A stretch of 64,000 bases of DNA from Candidatus Limnocylindrales bacterium (GCA_038319665.1 JBBQDL010000001.1:28227-92226); one strand, 5' to 3'. Shown: positions 18,684 through 29,893, counted from the first letter of the stretch. Made by a program: numbers and translations. Notes: a model not told the origin generated them from the letters alone.

Positions 18684-21367
18684 CGCCGAGCGGAGGACTC
18701 CAGGAGCTTCGCCACGAGCGCGGTCCAGCCGGTCTGGTGGCTGGCGCCGAGCCCCGCCCCGGTCTCGCCGTCGAAGTATTCGTAGAAGAGGGGATCATCG
18801 TCGCCGGTCGTGCCCGTCGTGTCGCCTCCGATCGGCGGCGCGCCACCGAACACCGGCCGCTGCCCGTCGTCGTCGCGCAGGAAGATCGAACACAGCCGCG
18901 AGCCGAGCTCATCCGCCACGGCGCCGAGCGTCATGGTGCGCTCCGATCCGGTCGGACATTCGACCAGGAACTCGGGGCCATAGTAGTGGTCGAGCTTCTG
19001 GAGCGCCTCCACGAGGAGGTAGTTGATCGGGAACCACACGGGTCCACGCCAGTTGGAGTTGCCACCGAAGATCCCGGAGCGTGACTCGGACGGTTCGTAG
19101 TCCACGACATTGCGGACCCCGCCCAGTTCGAGGACGAACGGCTGGTCGCGGTGGATCCGGCTGAGCGAGCGGATCCCGTGCCCGGACAGGAACTCGTCCT
19201 CGTCGAGCATGCGCCGGAGGAGCGCTTTCATCCGATGCCCGTGGACCAGCGCGAGGAGCCGTCGTTCGCCGATCCCGGGGTCCTCCCACGACGCGACGAG
19301 ATGCGACAGGTCGGGTCGGTTGGCCAGGAACCAGCGCATCCGCCGGCGGAACGCGGGCATCCGTTCGAGCAGGTCGGGCTCCAGCGTCTCGACCGCCAGC
19401 AGCGGGATGAGCCCGACGATCGATCGGACCTTGAGCGGGATGAACTCGCCGGTCTCGAGGTGGAGGGTGTCGTAGAAGAACTGGTCCTCGTGGTCCCAGA
19501 GGGGGACGGTGTCGACACCGACCGCGTTGAGCGCCCCGGCGATGTACAGGAAGTGTTCGAAGAACTTCGTCGCGATATCTTCGTAGACCGGGTTGTCGGC
19601 TGCGAGTTCCAGCGCGATCACGAGCATGTTCAGCGAATACATCCCCATCCATGCCGTCCCGTCGGCCTGGCCGAGATGGCCGGGGACGGGGAGTGGCGCG
19701 CTGCGATCGAAGACACCGATATTGTCGAGCCCGAGGAAGCCGCCCTGGAAGATGTTCCGGCCATCGTTGTCCTTGCGATTGACCCACCACGTGAAGTTGA
19801 GCAGGAGCTTGTGGAAGACCCGCTCGAGGAAATCGCGGTCGGCGACACCTGATACGCGCCGGTCGATCTTGTAGACGCGCCACGCCGCCCAGGCGTGGAC
19901 GGGCGGGTTGACGTCCGAGAAGGCCCACTCGTAGGCCGGCAGCTGGCCATTGGGGTGCATGTACCACTCTCGCGTCAGGGTGAGCAGCTGGTTCTTGGCG
20001 AAGGCCGGGTCCAGCACCGCCAGGGGCAGGCAGTGGAAGGCGAGGTCCCAGGCGGCGTACCACGGGTACTCCCAGCTGTCGGGCATCGACAGGACGTCGT
20101 CGTTGTTGAGCTCCCGCCAGCCACTGTTCCGACCGTCGAGACGGGATGCTGGCGGTGGCGGCATCGCCGGGTCCCCGTCGAGCCATTCGGCGACGTCGTA
20201 GCGATACGCCTGCTTGCACCAGACCAGGCCCGCGAAGGCCTGTCGCTGGACGAGCGCTTCGTCAGGGCTGAGCGTCCCGCCAGTGAGGGTCGCGTAGAAC
20301 GCGTCGGCCTCCGCGATGCGGGTCGCGAAGACATCAGCCGCGCCTGCCCCCGGCGCCACGGCGTCGCCCTTGGTCAGCCGGAGCAGGACCGTCTCGCTGG
20401 CACCGGGAGCGAGCGAGAGCTGGTAGTGCGCGGCCATCTTGGTCCCGGTCGCTGCTGGGTTGGCGGAAGCCGCGACACCGTCGACCACGACGGCGCCGAT
20501 CCCGTCCTTGACGTAGGGCGATGCGTTCGGGGTCCCCCAGATCCGTTCCGTGTTCGTCTCGTTCTCGGTGAACAACAAGGTGGGCGAGCCATCCGCGACG
20601 AGGTGGTAGACGCCAAGCTGGACGTGCTCGGCCCGGACGACGAGCCCGCCCTCGGTCGGATCCTCGGCCGCCAGCATCGGGCGAGCATGGTGCCGGCCCC
20701 ACGACCAGGTGTTCCGGAACCAGAGGGTCGGCAGCAAGTGGAGCGGTGCCGCCTCCGGCCCGCGGTTCGTCACCGAGATCCGGATCAGGATGTCCTCCGG
20801 GCCTGCCTTGGCGTACTCGACGACCACGTCGAAGAAACGGCCGTCGGCGAAGACGCCTGTGTCGACGAGTTCGTATTCGGGATCGTCGCGCGTGCGACGT
20901 CGGTTCTCCTCGACCAGGTCGGTGTAGGGGAAGGCGCGCTGCGGGTAGCGGTAGCGGGCTTTGAGGTACGCGTGGCTCGGCGTCGCATCGAGGAAGTGGT
21001 AGACCTCCTTGACGTCCTCGCCGTGGTTGCCTTCGGGACCGGACAGGCCGAAGAGCCGTTCCTTGAGGATCGGGTCCGCGCCGTTCCACAGCGCGATCGC
21101 AAAGCACAGCCGGCCGAAGTCGTCACTGATGCCGAGCAGGCCGTCCTCGCCCCAGCGGTAGGCGCGCGAGCGGGCATGGTCGTGCGGGAACCAGGTCCAG
21201 GCTTCGCCATCGGGCGAGTAGTCCTCGCGGACCGTGCCCCATTGCCGATCGGCGAGGTAGGGTCCCCAGCGGTCCCAGCGAGCCGAACCATCCGCCGTCT
21301 CGGCGAGGCGCCGGCGTTCGGCGCTGGCAGCGGTCGTCCGGCTGGCGCGGCGGCTGTTGTTGTCCAT
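18665..21367 (-). CDS. GH63-family glycoside hydrolase (processing alpha-glucosidase-like / glucosylglycerate-mannosylglycerate hydrolase-like)
   Basis: 900 aa. [15 protein letters not shown] and the (alpha/alpha)6-barrel region are GH63 signatures. N-terminus: [23 protein letters not shown]. Confidence 0.8.
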   Translation of the reverse strand: MDNNSRRASRTTAASAERRRLAETADGSARWDRWGPYLADRQWGTVREDYSPDGEAWTWFPHDHARSRAYRWGEDGLLGISDDFGRLCFAIALWNGADPILKERLFGLSGPEGNHGEDVKEVYHFLDATPSHAYLKARYRYPQRAFPYTDLVEENRRRTRDDPEYELVDTGVFADGRFFDVVVEYAKAGPEDILIRISVTNRGPEAAPLHLLPTLWFRNTWSWGRHHARPMLAAEDPTEGGLVVRAEHVQLGVYHLVADGSPTLLFTENETNTERIWGTPNASPYVKDGIGAVVVDGVAASANPAATGTKMAAHYQLSLAPGASETVLLRLTKGDAVAPGAGAADVFATRIAEADAFYATLTGGTLSPDEALVQRQAFAGLVWCKQAYRYDVAEWLDGDPAMPPPPASRLDGRNSGWRELNNDDVLSMPDSWEYPWYAAWDLAFHCLPLAVLDPAFAKNQLLTLTREWYMHPNGQLPAYEWAFSDVNPPVHAWAAWRVYKIDRRVSGVADRDFLERVFHKLLLNFTWWVNRKDNDGRNIFQGGFLGLDNIGVFDRSAPLPVPGHLGQADGTAWMGMYSLNMLVIALELAADNPVYEDIATKFFEHFLYIAGALNAVGVDTVPLWDHEDQFFYDTLHLETGEFIPLKVRSIVGLIPLLAVETLEPDLLERMPAFRRRMRWFLANRPDLSHLVASWEDPGIGERRLLALVHGHRMKALLRRMLDEDEFLSGHGIRSLSRIHRDQPFVLELGGVRNVVDYEPSESRSGIFGGNSNWRGPVWFPINYLLVEALQKLDHYYGPEFLVECPTGSERTMTLGAVADELGSRLCSIFLRDDDGQRPVFGGAPPIGGDTTGTTGDDDPLFYEYFDGETGAGLGASHQTGWTALVAKLLESSARRRAEGP

Positions 21368-21412
21368 GGTGCTCGACTTCAGGAACGGCGGGGAACCATT
21401 CTGGTGCTCCCG

Positions 21413-21436
21413 TCGTACTATCTGACATCTGACACA
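21413..21436. promoter_or_regulatory. AT-richer promoter-like element with tandem heptamer ATCTGAC x2, between GH63 and moxR
   Basis: GTACTATCTGACATCTGACACAC sits in a 150-nt divergent intergenic region. It is the only AT-rich patch there, and TACTAT could act as a -10. Confidence 0.3.
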
Positions 21437-21518
21437 CGACTGAACGCTCGTCCGTCACCAGTGCGACCCCGCCCCGACCCCGGCGCTCCGACCGCGCCAG
21501 AGCCCGCGAGAGAGGCCG

Positions 21519-22538
21519 ATGACCAAGATCCAGGAAACCGGGGACAAGGTCCTCGCCAACGTCGAACGCGTCATCGTCGGCAAGCACCACGAGGTTCGCC
21601 TCGCGCTTGTCGCTCTGCTGTGTCGCGGCCACCTCCTGATCGAGGACGTGCCGGGCACCGGCAAGACCGTTCTCGCCAAGGCGATCGCGCGGAGCCTCGG
21701 GGGCTCGTTCCGTCGGATCCAGTTCACCCCGGACCTGCTGCCCTCGGATGTCTCGGGGCTGTCGATCTATAACCAGAAGACGCAGGAATTCGAGTTCCGG
21801 CCGGGCCCCATCTTCAGCCAGGTCGTCCTGGCCGACGAGATCAACCGGGCGACGCCCAAGACCCAGTCCGCGCTGCTCGAATGCATGGAGGAGCGGCAGG
21901 CCACGATCGACGGGACGACCTACCCGATGCCCGACCCGTTCCTCGTGATCGCCACCCAGAACCCGATCGAATACGAAGGCACGTTCGCACTGCCCGAGGC
22001 CCAGCTCGACCGATTCATGCTCCGGCTACGCCTTGGCTACCCGCAGCCGATCGAGGAGATCGTCATCCTCGACGAGCAGAAACGAACCCATCCGCTCGAC
22101 GACCTCGAAGAGGTCCTGAGCGTCGATGACCTGCGCGAGATGCAGGCGGCGATCCGCGAGATCTACGTCGATTCGACCGTCTCGGACTACATCGTCCGGC
22201 TGGTCAACGGGACGCGGAACCATGCCGATGTCTATCTCGGAGCCTCGCCCCGCGGGTCGATCGCCCTGTACCGCGCGGGCCAGGCGCTGGCCGGCCTGTT
22301 GGGCCGCGACTACGTCATCCCCGATGACATCAAGGCGCTGGCGGAGCCCGCCCTGGCCCATCGCCTCATCATCAAGACAAGTTCGTCGATCCACGACGTC
22401 CAGGCCGCGCAGGTCGTCCGCGAGCTGCTCGAGGCGACCGCAATCGAGGGGATCCGGCCGACGGGCGGCGGACCGACCGAGTTGCGCGCCGCCGGCCGGG
22501 CGCCATCGACGGCTGCCAGCAGCCCGACCAGCAGCTAG
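21519..22538 (+). CDS. MoxR-family AAA+ ATPase
   Basis: Walker [10 protein letters not shown], Walker B LADEINRA, and the MoxR-typical [23 protein letters not shown]. Confidence 0.9.
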   Translation: MTKIQETGDKVLANVERVIVGKHHEVRLALVALLCRGHLLIEDVPGTGKTVLAKAIARSLGGSFRRIQFTPDLLPSDVSGLSIYNQKTQEFEFRPGPIFSQVVLADEINRATPKTQSALLECMEERQATIDGTTYPMPDPFLVIATQNPIEYEGTFALPEAQLDRFMLRLRLGYPQPIEEIVILDEQKRTHPLDDLEEVLSVDDLREMQAAIREIYVDSTVSDYIVRLVNGTRNHADVYLGASPRGSIALYRAGQALAGLLGRDYVIPDDIKALAEPALAHRLIIKTSSSIHDVQAAQVVRELLEATAIEGIRPTGGGPTELRAAGRAPSTAASSPTSS

Positions 22539-22575
22539 TCGACCGACCAAGCGACATGGCGGAGGAGCACGTCCG

Positions 22576-23847
22576 GTGATCCGCAAGCTCGAGTTGCTGG
22601 TCGTCGCCGTCGTCCTCGTCGTCGCCGCGTTCTCGACGGCGCTGCCTTTCCTCTTCTACCTGCTCTATCTCGCCATCCTGATCATCGGCGGTTCCTACGT
22701 CCTGGTCCGGCTTGGGCTGACCGATCTCGAAGCTGGTTACGCCGTCAGCGCCCTGCACGGCCATGTCGGCGACCGGATGCGCGTCACATACACGCTGCGC
22801 AACGGGAGCCGGCTGCCGAAGCTCTGGCTCGAGATCCACAACCCGACGACGCTCCCGGGCGGGCTTCCAGGACGGGCCATCACGCTGGGCGGCCGGAATG
22901 AACGGTCATGGCTGATCCGGGCTCCACTGGCCCGCCGCGGCCACTTCCGGATCGAGCCTCTCCACATCCGGACGGGTGACCCGTTCGGCTTTTTCGAGGC
23001 CTCGGCGACGGTCGGCCAGGGCGTCTCGGTCGTGGTCTATCCGCGCATCGAACCACTCCCGCGCTGGCGCCTCCCCGCGGCCGCGCTCGAGGGCAGCCAT
23101 GCCTCGCCCGTGCGAACGCTCCAGACGACGCCGATGGCGACCTCGGTGCGGCCATATGCCCCGGGTGACGCGATGAACCGGATCCACTGGAAGACGACCG
23201 CCCGCCACGGTGAGATCCAGGTCAAGGAGTTCGACCTCGAGCAGACCGCCGATGCCTGGATCATCCTCGACCTGCAGCGCGGCATCCAGACCGGCCGCGG
23301 CGAGGAATCCACCGTGGAAGCCGCCGTCCGGGCCGCCGCCTCGATCGCCGATCGCGCGCTCCAGGAGAACCGGGCGGTCGGGATGACGGTCAACGCCGGC
23401 CGGACCGCGTACCTGCCGCCGGACCGTGGCGGGCGACAGCACCTCAAGATCATGCAGCTCCTGGCCGCGGTCGAGGCGGATGGCGCGACGCCGCTGGTCG
23501 AGACGCTGATCACGACCGTCGGCCGCCTCCGACGTGGGATGACCGCGGTCATCATCACCGCCTCCCTCGATCCGGCGTGGGTCCGTCCGCTCGCCGCGCT
23601 TCGGACGCGCGGGGTCGCCTGCGTGGTCGTGACCGTCGATGCGGCCGCCTTCGACCGATACGTTCCCCGCGGGCAGGGCGTGATCTCGACCGAGGGGCCT
23701 CTCGAGGAGGCCCTGTCGCACGACCCCGAGGCCGACGCCCTGGCTGCGAAGCGCTCACGAGCCTTGCGACACGCGCTCGCCGAATATGAGCTGCGGTCCT
23801 ACGTCATCACGCCCGGCAAGGCGCTCGGGGAGCTCCTCGCCCGATGA
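22576..23847 (+). CDS. DUF58 protein (MoxR partner, vWA-like)
   Basis: GTG start at 22576 with GGAGGAG 8 nt upstream. An N-terminal TM helix pair is followed by the DUF58 core (RPYAPGDAMNRIHWKTTARHGE). The track ORF 22126.. overlaps moxR out of frame. Confidence 0.8.
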   Translation: MIRKLELLVVAVVLVVAAFSTALPFLFYLLYLAILIIGGSYVLVRLGLTDLEAGYAVSALHGHVGDRMRVTYTLRNGSRLPKLWLEIHNPTTLPGGLPGRAITLGGRNERSWLIRAPLARRGHFRIEPLHIRTGDPFGFFEASATVGQGVSVVVYPRIEPLPRWRLPAAALEGSHASPVRTLQTTPMATSVRPYAPGDAMNRIHWKTTARHGEIQVKEFDLEQTADAWIILDLQRGIQTGRGEESTVEAAVRAAASIADRALQENRAVGMTVNAGRTAYLPPDRGGRQHLKIMQLLAAVEADGATPLVETLITTVGRLRRGMTAVIITASLDPAWVRPLAALRTRGVACVVVTVDAAAFDRYVPRGQGVISTEGPLEEALSHDPEADALAAKRSRALRHALAEYELRSYVITPGKALGELLAR

Positions 23848-26117
23848 ACCGCCGGTCCGTGTTCCAGCCGATCGAGGGTTGGCTGACCCTTGGCCTCGTC
23901 GGCCTGATGTGCATCACGATGGCGTTGGCCCTCGACGACGCACGCTGGGTCCTCGGCCGGGACCAGTATCTCGACTGCCTGATGTACGTGGCCATCGGTG
24001 GCGTCCTTGCCGGGTTCATCGGCCCGAAGGTCGGCTGGGGCCGCTGGACGACCTATCTCATCGGCTCGATCTTCGCGGCGCTCATCGTCCCGATCGTCGT
24101 CGCGCAGGTCGCCTTCCCGAACGGGGCATCGATCCATGACCTGTACGACGCGACCGCCGGATCGGTGGTCACGGCCTATATGGACATCGCGATCCGCAAT
24201 CTCCCGACGACGGCGCAGTACCTCCATCACATCCTGATCTTTGCCCTGCTCGTATGGGCGACCTCGATGTTCGCGTCCTATGCGGTCTTCGGACATCGCC
24301 GGCCCCTCAGCGCTGTGGTCGTGGTCGGCGTGATCCTCGTCGGGAACATGGGCGTGACCGACAACGACGAGCTGCCGCTGCTCATCACCTTCAGCGTCGC
24401 CGCACTCCTGCTGCTCATCCGCTCCCACGTCTTTGACGAGCAATCCGAGTGGCTCCGCCGGCGGATCGGGGATCCGTCCACGATCTCGTCGATCTACCTG
24501 CGCGGGGGAACGGCCTTCATCGCCGTGGCCGTGGTCGCGTCGCTCCTGTTGACCCAGACCGCTTCCTCGAAGCCGCTCGCCGGCGCCTGGAACGGCCTGG
24601 AGGATGGGCTGATCGGGTTGTCGCGGGCCGTCTCGCGATTCCTGCCGACCGGCGGCTCGAGTCGCGCCATCGGCCTCGCGTTCGGGCCGAACGCCCAGAT
24701 CGGCCAGGTGTGGACGACGGATCAGTCGACCGCGGTCACCATCCAGCGCAACCCGACCGACAACGGCAAGTATTACTGGCGGGCGTTCACGTACGACAAG
24801 ATCGGCTTCCAGGGTTGGGACACGTCCACGTCGACCTCGGTCGCGATCGCGCCCGACGCTCGGGTCCTCGACCGGACGGCCGACGACGTGTCGGCGCAAG
24901 GGCGACACAGTTTCACGTTCACGGTCAACCCGGTCGAGTTCCGCGAGCCCACGATTCTGTCGCCTGAGACGCCGATCGACGTCGACAAGGCCACTCGCCT
25001 GACCACGGTCGGGACCGCCGGCTATTTCTCGACCCTCGACCGCGACGGCGGCAACGGGCCGTACACCGTCACCGCGCTCACCCTGGTCGACGGCACCAGC
25101 AAGGGGCAACTGAACGTGGCCGACCTCAAGGCGGCGGGCCGCGATTATCCGGCGGAGATCACGCAGCTCTACCTCGACGTCGCCCCAGGCTCGATCGGTC
25201 CCAACGCTCAGAAGCTCGAGGACACGATCGTTGCAAAGGCCAGATCCAGTGATCCGATCGATCTTGCCGACGCCCTGCGCGACGAGTTGAAGTCCCAGAC
25301 CTACAAGTACGCAACGGACATCCGCAAATACGATTGCACCGGCCTATCCACGGTCGAGTGCTTCGCCACGATCAAGACCGGCTTCTGCCAGTACTACGCG
25401 GCGACAATGGCCGTCATCCTGCGCGACCTCAAAGTGCCGACCCGGATCGTCCAGGGCTTCCTGCCCGGTTCCCGCGATGCGAACTCGGCGACGGAGCAGG
25501 TACCGTTCAGCAACGCCCACGCCTGGGTCGAGGTCTATTTCCCGACCTACGGCTGGGTGCCGTTCGACCCGACCGGCAACAACGTCTCGCAGATCGGCCC
25601 ACTGCCACTCGGCTCCGCGGACCCGAACGTGACGCCGCGACCGATCTCGAGTGGCCTACTGCCGACGATCCCGCAGCTGGCGAGTCGCGACCCGCTCATC
25701 AATCGCCCGGCGATCGGGACGACCGGCGGCCCGGGTTCATTCGGCCCACTGGTCGCGGCGCTGTTCCTCCTGCTCCTCATCGTCGGGGGTGCCGCGTTCA
25801 TCACCTGGCAGCGAGGACCGCGGGGCGGCACCTCGGCCGACGGCGCCTATGGCACCGTGACCCGGATCGCGTCGCGGTTCGGCTTCGGGCCGCGCCCGGC
25901 GCAGACGGTCTACGAATACGCGAGTTCGCTGGGCGACGTCCTGCCGACCGTGCGACCGGAGCTCGAGACCGTGGCTCAGGCCAAGGTCGAGTCGATCTAT
26001 GCGCGTCAGATCCTCGGCCAGGAGAGGCTCGACGGCCTGCGCGCCGCGCAGCGACGTCTCCGGGTCGGGCTTCTGCGGCTGGCACTTCGCCGAAAGGAAC
26101 GCCCTCGCCGCCGTTAA
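23844..26117 (+). CDS. Transglutaminase-like domain membrane protein (DUF3488 N-region plus TGase core)
   Basis: 757 aa with multiple N-terminal TM helices. The TGase catalytic region is C...GFCQYYAATMAVILR...HAWVEVYF...GWVPFDPT (Cys-His-Asp). The start overlaps the DUF58 stop. Confidence 0.85.
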   Translation: MNRRSVFQPIEGWLTLGLVGLMCITMALALDDARWVLGRDQYLDCLMYVAIGGVLAGFIGPKVGWGRWTTYLIGSIFAALIVPIVVAQVAFPNGASIHDLYDATAGSVVTAYMDIAIRNLPTTAQYLHHILIFALLVWATSMFASYAVFGHRRPLSAVVVVGVILVGNMGVTDNDELPLLITFSVAALLLLIRSHVFDEQSEWLRRRIGDPSTISSIYLRGGTAFIAVAVVASLLLTQTASSKPLAGAWNGLEDGLIGLSRAVSRFLPTGGSSRAIGLAFGPNAQIGQVWTTDQSTAVTIQRNPTDNGKYYWRAFTYDKIGFQGWDTSTSTSVAIAPDARVLDRTADDVSAQGRHSFTFTVNPVEFREPTILSPETPIDVDKATRLTTVGTAGYFSTLDRDGGNGPYTVTALTLVDGTSKGQLNVADLKAAGRDYPAEITQLYLDVAPGSIGPNAQKLEDTIVAKARSSDPIDLADALRDELKSQTYKYATDIRKYDCTGLSTVECFATIKTGFCQYYAATMAVILRDLKVPTRIVQGFLPGSRDANSATEQVPFSNAHAWVEVYFPTYGWVPFDPTGNNVSQIGPLPLGSADPNVTPRPISSGLLPTIPQLASRDPLINRPAIGTTGGPGSFGPLVAALFLLLLIVGGAAFITWQRGPRGGTSADGAYGTVTRIASRFGFGPRPAQTVYEYASSLGDVLPTVRPELETVAQAKVESIYARQILGQERLDGLRAAQRRLRVGLLRLALRRKERPRRR

Positions 26118-26277
26118 CGGCCCACCACGTGGGCGGCGCATCCGGGCGTTGCCCGCTCCGCCGGTCGCTCACGCACCTCTTAGTGCGCTCGCTTCCTCGG
26201 CTCGCGGGCGCCTTCGGCTGCATCCACCCAGGCGGAGCGCCTGTCCTGCATCCAATCCCCACGGAACGATCCAGCCC

Positions 26278-27123
26278 TCACAAGGCGCCGCTCTGGCTGC
26301 GTGCTGAGATCGACTCGAGGGAGCGCTCGTCGGCGAGGTCGGCGAGATGGTCGGTCAGGTTGTGGGCGCGGACGACCGGGCGCCCGGCACGGAACTCGAC
26401 GATGGCGATCCCGCACAGATCCATCGACCACATCCAGAATCGCTCCAGAGGCAGGTCGAAGAGTGTCAGCAGGGCGACCTTGAAGACTCCGTCATGCCCG
26501 ACGAGGATCGACCACGGATGGTCCGGCCGCACGTCGCGATAGCCCGCCACCTGCGGCCGGTCGTGCGTACCGGGCGCCCGGCCCTCCCCGAGATGGGCCA
26601 GGAGTGTGGCCAACGCCGGCCGGAGGCGTGCCTGGACTTCGGGGAGTGACTCGCCGCCTGGCGCCCAACCCTCCAGGGGAGCCCGCCGCCAGGCGGCCAA
26701 CTCGACGCCGTAGCGTGCGGCGATCTCGTCGCGGTGGAGGCCCTGCCAGGCGCCCTGGTGGATCTCGAGGAGGCCAGCGTCGGGTCGTCGCACAACGGGC
26801 CGCCCGGCGGCCGCGATGGTCCGCTCGATCGACACGGCCGTCTGGGTGGTCCTGCTGAGCGGCGAATGGACCACTTCGACGAGGTCGCCGGTCGGAAGGG
26901 GGAGTGCCGGCGTGGCGTGAGGCTGGGCCAGCCGGCGTGCCACCAGTTCGGCCTGGCGCCGCCCGTGGGGCGTGAGCGGCGAATCGGCCTGTCCCTGGAA
27001 ACGGCCCTCGGCGATGAACGTCGACTCGCCGTGGCGCACCAGGACCAGCGTCGCGTCCAGGCCGTCGGGGGCGAGCGGACTCGAAGCCGTCGTCAGCGTG
27101 CGCCTCCCAGCCGGATCGTCCAC
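26278..27123 (-). CDS. Histidine phosphatase superfamily protein (phosphoglycerate-mutase-like); candidate metal-independent phosphoserine phosphatase
   Basis: RHGES motif (LVLVRHGESTF) with the second-His region LVGHDGV. Overlaps the 3' end of serA by 31 nt on the same strand. Confidence 0.75.
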   Translation of the reverse strand: MDDPAGRRTLTTASSPLAPDGLDATLVLVRHGESTFIAEGRFQGQADSPLTPHGRRQAELVARRLAQPHATPALPLPTGDLVEVVHSPLSRTTQTAVSIERTIAAAGRPVVRRPDAGLLEIHQGAWQGLHRDEIAARYGVELAAWRRAPLEGWAPGGESLPEVQARLRPALATLLAHLGEGRAPGTHDRPQVAGYRDVRPDHPWSILVGHDGVFKVALLTLFDLPLERFWMWSMDLCGIAIVEFRAGRPVVRAHNLTDHLADLADERSLESISARSQSGAL

Positions 27124-28676
27124 AGGTCGCGCACGGCCTCGTGGGTGCGGATCGCGTCCGAGACGGCATCCGGGACGTCGTCATCGAGCGCGAGGATCAT
27201 GAATGCATCCTCGCGCGGGCGGGTCCGAGCGAGATGCATCGCGCTGATGTTGATGTCTGCCTCGCCGAGCATCACCCCGACCCGTCCGACCGTCCCCGGC
27301 CGGTCCATGTGGCGGGTGATGAGCATGTTGTCGGCGGGCGCCATGTCGAGCCGGTAGTCGTCCAGTCGGGTGATCCGAGGCTCGCCGCCGGCGACCGTGC
27401 CGGCCACGACCGTCGTCCGGCCGCCGGCTTCGCCGGACAGGGTGATGAGGGCGGCGAAGGCCCCCGCGTCGGGCGTCTTGCGCTCGATGACGGTGATCCC
27501 GCGCGCCTTCGCGAGGGCGCTGGCGTTGACGAGGTTCACGCGCTCGGTGATGGAGGTCTCGAGCAGCCCGCGCAGGACGGCAGCGGTCAGCGGCGTCCCA
27601 TCGTAGTCCGCCAGGTCGCCCGCCAGCTCGAGGGTGAGGGTGCGCACGCCGCCGCGCGAGAATTGGGCGAAGAACCGGCCGAGCACCTCGGCCAGCGGCA
27701 GGTACGGGGCGATCGCACGGGCGGTCTCGGGCGTGAGCAGCGGAGCGTTGACCGCGTATCGGGCGCTGCGGCCGTCGAGGACGTCGAGGACCTGGGAGGC
27801 GACCTCCTCCGAGACGAGGACCTGCGCCTCGGCCGTCGATGCGCCCAGGTGAGGCGTCAGCAGCGTGTTCGGGGCGTCGAGCAAGGGGGAGCTCGTCGGG
27901 GGTTCGTGCTCGAAGACGTCGATCCCCGCTCCACCAAGGTGACCGGCCCGTAACGAGTCGGCCAGCGCCGCCTCATCGACGATCCCGCCGCGCGCCACGT
28001 TGAGGACGATCGCCCCGGGCTTCATCTTCGCGATCGCTTCGCGCCCGATGAGCCCACGCGTCGCGCGCGTCAGCGGGACGTGGACGGTGACGACATCCGC
28101 GCGCGCGAGCATCCCCTCGAAGTCGACGAGCTCGACGCCGTGATTGGCCGCCGCTTCGGCGGTGACGAACGGGTCGACTCCGAGGACCGTCATCTCCATC
28201 GCCCGGGCGCGGACGGCGATCGCCTGGCCGATCTTGCCTACGCCCACGATCCCGAGCGTCCGTCCGCGCAGCTCGAGCCCGGTGAACTCCGCTCGCTTCC
28301 ACTCGCCGCGGCGGAGCGACGCGTCGGCAGCTGCGATCCGGCGGGCGACGCCATAGAGGAGGGCCAGCGTGTGCTCGGCGGCGGCGATCGTGTTGCCGGT
28401 CGGGGCGTTGACGACGACGATGCCGGCGCGCGTCGCCGCATCGAGGTCCACGTTGTCGACCCCGACCCCGGCGCGCCCGATGACGGCAAGCCGCGTGCCC
28501 GCGGCGATGAGCGCGGCATCGACCTGGACCTGGCTGCGGACGATCAGGGCGTCGTAGTCGGGCATGACCGCACACAGTTCGTCGTGCGACAGTCCCGGAC
28601 GTTCATCGACCTGGTGGTGCGTTCGCAGGAGGTCGACGCCCTCCCGGGCGATCGGCTCGGCGACCAGGACCCTCAT
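27093..28676 (-). CDS. serA: D-3-phosphoglycerate dehydrogenase (long form with ASB/ACT domains)
   Basis: 527 aa with NAD-binding GIVGVGKIGQAIA, a D-2-hydroxyacid dehydrogenase catalytic region, and a C-terminal ACT domain. The start overlaps the aminotransferase stop (ATGA on the minus strand). Confidence 0.9.
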   Translation of the reverse strand: MRVLVAEPIAREGVDLLRTHHQVDERPGLSHDELCAVMPDYDALIVRSQVQVDAALIAAGTRLAVIGRAGVGVDNVDLDAATRAGIVVVNAPTGNTIAAAEHTLALLYGVARRIAAADASLRRGEWKRAEFTGLELRGRTLGIVGVGKIGQAIAVRARAMEMTVLGVDPFVTAEAAANHGVELVDFEGMLARADVVTVHVPLTRATRGLIGREAIAKMKPGAIVLNVARGGIVDEAALADSLRAGHLGGAGIDVFEHEPPTSSPLLDAPNTLLTPHLGASTAEAQVLVSEEVASQVLDVLDGRSARYAVNAPLLTPETARAIAPYLPLAEVLGRFFAQFSRGGVRTLTLELAGDLADYDGTPLTAAVLRGLLETSITERVNLVNASALAKARGITVIERKTPDAGAFAALITLSGEAGGRTTVVAGTVAGGEPRITRLDDYRLDMAPADNMLITRHMDRPGTVGRVGVMLGEADINISAMHLARTRPREDAFMILALDDDVPDAVSDAIRTHEAVRDLWTIRLGGAR

Positions 28677-29893
28677 GCACCCGCCCCGGCGGCGGCCGGT
28701 GTGGCGATCCCGAGCGATTCGAGGGCGGCGACCTGGGCCGCGGCGACGCCGGCGCCCGGGCGGACCGAGCGGCCGGCACCGATCGAGACGAATTCGAGGA
28801 CGCTCATGACGCCCAGGATCTCCTCGATCGTCACCGAGCCGAGGTGGCCAAGCCGGAAGATCTTGCCGGCCAGCTTGCCCTGACCGCCGGCGAGGACCAC
28901 GCCCCGGCGCTTGATCTCACCGTTGAACGACTTCCAGTCCACGTCGGCTGGGACCACGGCGGCAGTGACCGTCTTCGAGGCGTGGCGCGGGTCGGCGAAC
29001 AGCTCGAACCCGAGCGCGGAAAGGCCGGCTCGGGCCGCCGCGGCGCAGGCCTCGTGCCGGGCGAACACGCCCTCGGGGCCCTCGGCGGTCATCAGACGGA
29101 TCCCCTCGTCGACCTGGAACACGACCGCGATCGCGGGGGTCCACGGCGTCTCGCCGGAGGCGTGGGCATCGCGATGCGCTCGCAGATCGAGATAGACCCG
29201 GGGCATGGTCGCGGTCTCCATCGCGGCCCATGCCCGCTCGGAGGCGGCGACCATCGACAACCCCGGCGCGGCCATCCAGGCTTTCTGGGAGCCCGTGACC
29301 ACGATGTCGACGCCCCAAGCATCCATCCGGAACAGCACGGCCCCGAGGCCCGACACGCTGTCGACCAGAATCAGGGCATCCGGCGCCAACTCCCGCACCA
29401 CCGCGGTCAGCTCCGGGATCGGGTTCATCACCCCGGTCGAGGTCTCGTTGTGGGTGAGCAGGACGGCCTTGTAGTCGCCGGACCGCTCGAGCTCGGCACG
29501 CAGCTCGGCCGGGTCGGCGGCCTGGCCCCACTCGACGTCGATCTTGGTGACGTCCGCGCCGTAGGTGCGGGCGATCTTCGCGAACCGGTCGCCGAAGGAG
29601 CCGATCGAGACAGCGAGGACTCGATCGCCCGGCGAGAGGACGTTCACGACCGCCGCCTCGAGGCCACCCGTCCCCGCCGTCGTCAGCATCGCCACATCGT
29701 TGGAGGTCCCGAAGTACGGCTTCATCCCGGACAGGATCCGGGCGAGCATCGCGGCGAATTCCGGGCCGCGATGGTTGATCATCTGGCGGGCTCCGGCCTC
29801 GCGGACGCTCGGCGGGAGCGCGGTCGGGCCGGGGATCCGCAGGTTGGGCTCGAAGCGGTCCAAGGGAACCTCCTGGATCAGCCGGCGGGGCAT
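28673..29893 (-). CDS. Class V aminotransferase (AGXT/SPT family; SerC-type phosphoserine aminotransferase candidate)
   Basis: PLP-lysine motif VTGSQKAWMAAPGLS and N-terminus LRIPGPTALP. Start set at the ATG at 29893 (MPRRLIQEV); alternatives are 29923 or the track start 30058. Confidence 0.8.
   Translation of the reverse strand: MPRRLIQEVPLDRFEPNLRIPGPTALPPSVREAGARQMINHRGPEFAAMLARILSGMKPYFGTSNDVAMLTTAGTGGLEAAVVNVLSPGDRVLAVSIGSFGDRFAKIARTYGADVTKIDVEWGQAADPAELRAELERSGDYKAVLLTHNETSTGVMNPIPELTAVVRELAPDALILVDSVSGLGAVLFRMDAWGVDIVVTGSQKAWMAAPGLSMVAASERAWAAMETATMPRVYLDLRAHRDAHASGETPWTPAIAVVFQVDEGIRLMTAEGPEGVFARHEACAAAARAGLSALGFELFADPRHASKTVTAAVVPADVDWKSFNGEIKRRGVVLAGGQGKLAGKIFRLGHLGSVTIEEILGVMSVLEFVSIGAGRSVRPGAGVAAAQVAALESLGIATPAAAGAGA

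Noticed and set aside
18909-21772. 436-aa minus ORF (18909..20219), 625-aa plus ORF (19895..21772) and others overlapping the GH63 gene
   Set aside because: They are antisense or alternate frames of a 900-aa GH63 CDS with clear family motifs. The translations are RG-rich low complexity.
22126-22575. 5' part of the 573-aa track ORF 22126..23847
   Set aside because: That part overlaps moxR in another frame. The DUF58 protein starts at GTG 22576 with a good SD, and the upstream part is low-complexity.
26118-26277. GC hairpins (GCCCAC-CAC-GTGGGC and others) between the convergent transglutaminase and phosphatase genes considered as terminators
   Set aside because: The stems are short, there are no U-tracts, and many equally good hairpins occur by chance at this GC content. 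I did not annotate them.
22906-26542. Minus-strand ORFs 22906..23721 and 23799..25109 and plus ORF 25334..26542 over the DUF58 and transglutaminase genes
   Set aside because: They are antisense or alternate-frame to well-supported CDSs and have an Arg/Gly/Asp-rich composition.
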